A DNA stretch of 64,000 nucleotides from the NCBI GenBank assembly GCA_034530875.2, contig JAVRCJ020000005.1, positions 1 to 64,000 of the forward strand, read 5' to 3'. Each line of letters begins with the position of its first letter. The stretch's first letter is position 1. This DNA comes from Nostoc sp. DedSLP01 (GTDB lineage Bacteria; Cyanobacteriota; Cyanobacteriia; Cyanobacteriales; Nostocaceae). Made by a program: the position numbers and the translations under genes. Positions 60,952 to 64,000 of the stretch are shown here, piece by piece. Below the pieces are notes generated by a model, which searched no databases, was not told the origin of the DNA, and worked only from the letters and a program-made list of their open reading frames with translations.

Positions 60952-63645
60952 TCAAATGTGAAATTTTTTCCGAGGAAACCAATCATCCAAAATGGTGTAG
61001 ACGACCGGCACAACAATCAAGCTGAGGATAGTTGAAGTTACAAGCCCGCCAGCGATCGCAACAGCCATTGGCGATCGCAATTCCGAACCAGCACCAAGAC
61101 CTAAGGCGATGGGTAGCATTCCTAAAAGCGTAGAAGCGGTGGTCATCATAATTGGTCTGAGCCGCACTAATCCAGTATTAAGGATTGCTTCGGTACGGTC
61201 TATGCCAGCACTGCGTAGCTGATTGATGTAATCTACCAATAAAATGGCATTTTTGTTTGCTAGTCCCAACAAAAACACAAAGCCAATCAGCGAAATCATG
61301 CCAAAGTCGCTCTTGGTAATCAGTAGCGCCAACATTGCCCCTACCAGCGCCAAAGGCAAAGAGACACCGATAACCAAAGGATCTACCCAGCTTTTAAACA
61401 GCAAAATCAGTACCACAACAATACAAAGGGCAGATAAAGCTAGAGTACTGCCAAAACTGCCAAAAACTTCATTCAATTTGGCAGAATCTCCTCCTAAATT
61501 CAAGGAAACATCGGATGGCAAGACGGCTTTGGCTTCAGCTACTACTCGATCGGTAGCATCACCCAAGGAAAGATCCTTGCTAAGATTAGCACTGATATAA
61601 GCTACTCGCTGATTATTTAGACGTTCAATTTGCGACACCGTACCTTGTGAATTGCTTTCACCTGTAACTGTCACATCGACAAATCCCGGTATTTTCTCAA
61701 TCCTCTGTTTAATTGCCTTCACAGCTTTGCTCAGAGATTGGAGATTCTCGCCTCGTAATGCCACCTCCAGAGGTTTTTGACCCCCGCTATCAACAAATTT
61801 AATGTCTTCAACACTGGTAGTAACTCCAGGAAGAACAGGCAATGAGGAGCGCAGCTGGTCTTGTAATTGGGCAGTTGCGATTTCCCGATTTTCTTTGAGC
61901 CTCACATATAACGTGCCTTTGTTCGGCTCACCCTCACGAGAACCAACGGTGGTGAATACCGTTTCCACTGCTGGATCTTTTCTCACCACTGCTTCGAGTT
62001 TCTTCGCAACCTCAAGAGAATCGTTTAAGGGGTTGGGGATTGGGGATTGGGGATTGGGGATTGGGGATTGGGATAAAGAATTTAATTTTGCTCCCCCTGC
62101 TCCTCCTAGTTGTGCTAGATCGGGGATTTTTGGCAAGGGAGCTGTATAAGCAATATTAAATTCGCCGCGATCTAATTTGGGGATAAATCCTTTAGGGATT
62201 AGTGGAATTAGTGCTATACCTGCAATGAAACTCAGTAAAGCTAACCCGATAACTGTTTTACGGTGATTTAAAGACCAACCGAGCAAGTTTCTATAAGATT
62301 GGGCAAAGGTCACCCAAATTTTTGCTTCGCGGCGAGGGGAGGTAGAGGATTTTGGTTTTAACCAGTAGATAGCCAAAACGGGAGATAAAGTCCGCGCTAC
62401 TAGCATAGAAGCGAGCATTGCAGCGGAAACAGTGATCCCAAAGGGCTTGAAAAACTGACCGATTACCCCACCCATTAAACCTATGGGCAGAAAAACTGCT
62501 ACTGCCGTCAAGGTGGCTGCTGTAACTGTCAATCCGATCTCATTGGTAGCTAAAAGTGCTGCTTGGCGGGGAGTTTCTCCGTCATCGACGTGTCGCATGA
62601 TGTTTTCTACATCAACGATCGCATCATCAACAATACTGCCAATCACCAAAGCTAAAGCCAGCAGCGTAATTGTCTCTAAATTGAAACCATAAATCGCCAT
62701 CACGATAAATGTCGCCAAAATAGAGGTAGGAATCGCCAATGCAGAAATTAAAGTGGCTCGCCAGTTCCACAAAAATGGAAAGATGACGACGATGGAAAGC
62801 ACAATTGCTTCTAGTAGAGAATCAATTGTTGATTGGGTGGCTTGGCGGATATATTCTGCTTGAGTGGCAGCTAAAGTGAGGTTGACATCTTTGAGTGTAG
62901 AGCGCAACCTTTGGACTTCTTTTTCAACTAAACTCACCACTTCTAAGGTGTTAGCATTGCCGCGTTTGATTACCTGAAACGCCAACGCATCCTGTCCGTT
63001 AAACCGGATTAATGTAGATCCTTGTTGGGTAAGAGCTGCTGCACTAAGCTTTGATGGATCTAAAGGAGTTGCAGTTGCATCCCCCAGCAGTGAAACTTTC
63101 AGGACTCCTGGTAATTTAGCGATCGCTGGTACGATTTGGTCTTTCGCCAACTTAGTCAAATCTGTGAGATTTCGTGTCTTGCTCTGAATCGCATAGCTAA
63201 TGGCCGCTGACTCGTTCAAGTTCAAGGGAATAATTTTAGAAGTCCCTCCCTCAGGTAGAGCCACTTGCTTTAGGGAAGTTTCAACTTCTTTGGTTGATGT
63301 TTCTAGATTTGTACCAACAGCAAAAGATAAAGCAACCGCTGTTTGACCCGGATAGGTGGATGAGCGAATATTCTCCAATCCTTTTAAGGAACGCAGGCTC
63401 TCTTCTACCGGTTTGGTGAGCTTGGTTTCTGTATCTACCGCAGTTGCCAGGGGGGCTGTAGCATTTACAACCACTACTGGGAAGGTAATATCTGGAAACA
63501 ATGCATACTTCAGAGAACTGAAAGCAAGAACACCAGCTACCGTAACGGCAATCCAAAAACTCACGGTCAGCCACGAAAATTTAATTGCTAATCTGGAGAT
63601 ATTGAAGAATTCTCGTGCGGATTTTGAGTTAGAAAGCTTTACCAT
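60952..63645 (-). CDS. RND-family (AcrB-like) efflux permease, shortened cyanobacterial type
   Basis: LFPDITFP, IVDDAIVDVEN, KNAILLVD, RLRPIMMTT. Confidence 0.93.
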   Translation of the reverse strand: MVKLSNSKSAREFFNISRLAIKFSWLTVSFWIAVTVAGVLAFSSLKYALFPDITFPVVVVNATAPLATAVDTETKLTKPVEESLRSLKGLENIRSSTYPGQTAVALSFAVGTNLETSTKEVETSLKQVALPEGGTSKIIPLNLNESAAISYAIQSKTRNLTDLTKLAKDQIVPAIAKLPGVLKVSLLGDATATPLDPSKLSAAALTQQGSTLIRFNGQDALAFQVIKRGNANTLEVVSLVEKEVQRLRSTLKDVNLTLAATQAEYIRQATQSTIDSLLEAIVLSIVVIFPFLWNWRATLISALAIPTSILATFIVMAIYGFNLETITLLALALVIGSIVDDAIVDVENIMRHVDDGETPRQAALLATNEIGLTVTAATLTAVAVFLPIGLMGGVIGQFFKPFGITVSAAMLASMLVARTLSPVLAIYWLKPKSSTSPRREAKIWVTFAQSYRNLLGWSLNHRKTVIGLALLSFIAGIALIPLIPKGFIPKLDRGEFNIAYTAPLPKIPDLAQLGGAGGAKLNSLSQSPIPNPQSPIPNPLNDSLEVAKKLEAVVRKDPAVETVFTTVGSREGEPNKGTLYVRLKENREIATAQLQDQLRSSLPVLPGVTTSVEDIKFVDSGGQKPLEVALRGENLQSLSKAVKAIKQRIEKIPGFVDVTVTGESNSQGTVSQIERLNNQRVAYISANLSKDLSLGDATDRVVAEAKAVLPSDVSLNLGGDSAKLNEVFGSFGSTLALSALCIVVVLILLFKSWVDPLVIGVSLPLALVGAMLALLITKSDFGMISLIGFVFLLGLANKNAILLVDYINQLRSAGIDRTEAILNTGLVRLRPIMMTTASTLLGMLPIALGLGAGSELRSPMAVAIAGGLVTSTILSLIVVPVVYTILDDWFPRKKFHI
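62033..62074 (-). repeat. in-frame STRR (CCCCAAT)n array inside the RND gene
   Basis: TGGGGAT x~5-6 encoding QSPIPNPQSPIPNP. Confidence 0.9.
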
Positions 63646-63796
63646 CTTGGAAAATTATCGTGCGGGTGACACAATTATTTAGTCATGCTACATGAATCGC
63701 CTTCGGTTTGCGAGTTTTGGTCACCACCAAATGGCAATATTACTTATTGTTACTCAAAGTCAGACAAAGTTTTTAACATAGCATGGAACTTTAACA

Positions 63797-64000
63797 ATGA
63801 AACTCGGTTCTGTCGAGCATATCGAAATGCCAGAACGTCGCCCCGTTGAGATTCCCCAAAATATTGAGTCAGTTTTTACGCGCTTTGATTTGGAAGAATG
63901 TCTAGATACTTTTTCTGTCTATGGGCTATTTGCGATCGCCCGTGAAGCTAATGTCTTTCCAGAGTCAATCTCCACAATCTTTGATCCCATCATAGATGAA
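63797..64000 (+). CDS. hypothetical protein, 5' part (runs off window)
   Basis: Open frame MKLGSVEHIEMPERRP... to the window end. Confidence 0.5.
   Translation, partial: MKLGSVEHIEMPERRPVEIPQNIESVFTRFDLEECLDTFSVYGLFAIAREANVFPESISTIFDPIIDE

Noticed and set aside
1256..63682. Numerous short antisense or overlapping ORFs in the track
   Set aside because: They overlap well-supported genes in other frames and lack motifs or RBS

Overview
64-kb chromosomal segment of a filamentous, probably heterocyst-forming cyanobacterium (Nostocales-like). Evidence: dense HIP1 GCGATCGC octamers, STRR heptamer arrays, SDR/MITE-type repeats, the cphA2/cphB2 pair and a CSE-type EF-hand gene. The first ~11 kb is an accessory zone with an IS66 3' end, a second solo IS66 right end, several decayed gene fragments, an ankyrin-SMI1/KNR4 fusion and an AraC/SDR pair. 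Next come an NtcA-box and guanidine-I riboswitch-controlled guanidine hydrolase/ABC operon, a trio of Gly/Asn-rich repeat surface proteins (GGGQNPF-repeat, PEP-CTERM, RTX), ordinary conserved genes and tRNA-Gln. The rest holds a WecB/pyruvyl-transferase/MurB-paralog polysaccharide locus, P450, txlA, cphA2/cphB2, a four-gene 2-aminoethylphosphonate biosynthesis cluster, a MITE-disrupted vapC, hpnH/hpnA and an RND permease. Best novelty candidates: (1) a small basic ORF (43328-43585, minus) with an intrinsic terminator inside its coding sequence, matching the architecture of ArfA/BrfA/ArfT ribosome-rescue factors; (2) the phosphonate cluster; (3) the MurB paralog beside a pyruvyl transferase, possibly making lactyl-ether sugars; (4) the repeat-protein trio. 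All family assignments come from motif recognition by eye; no database searches were run.
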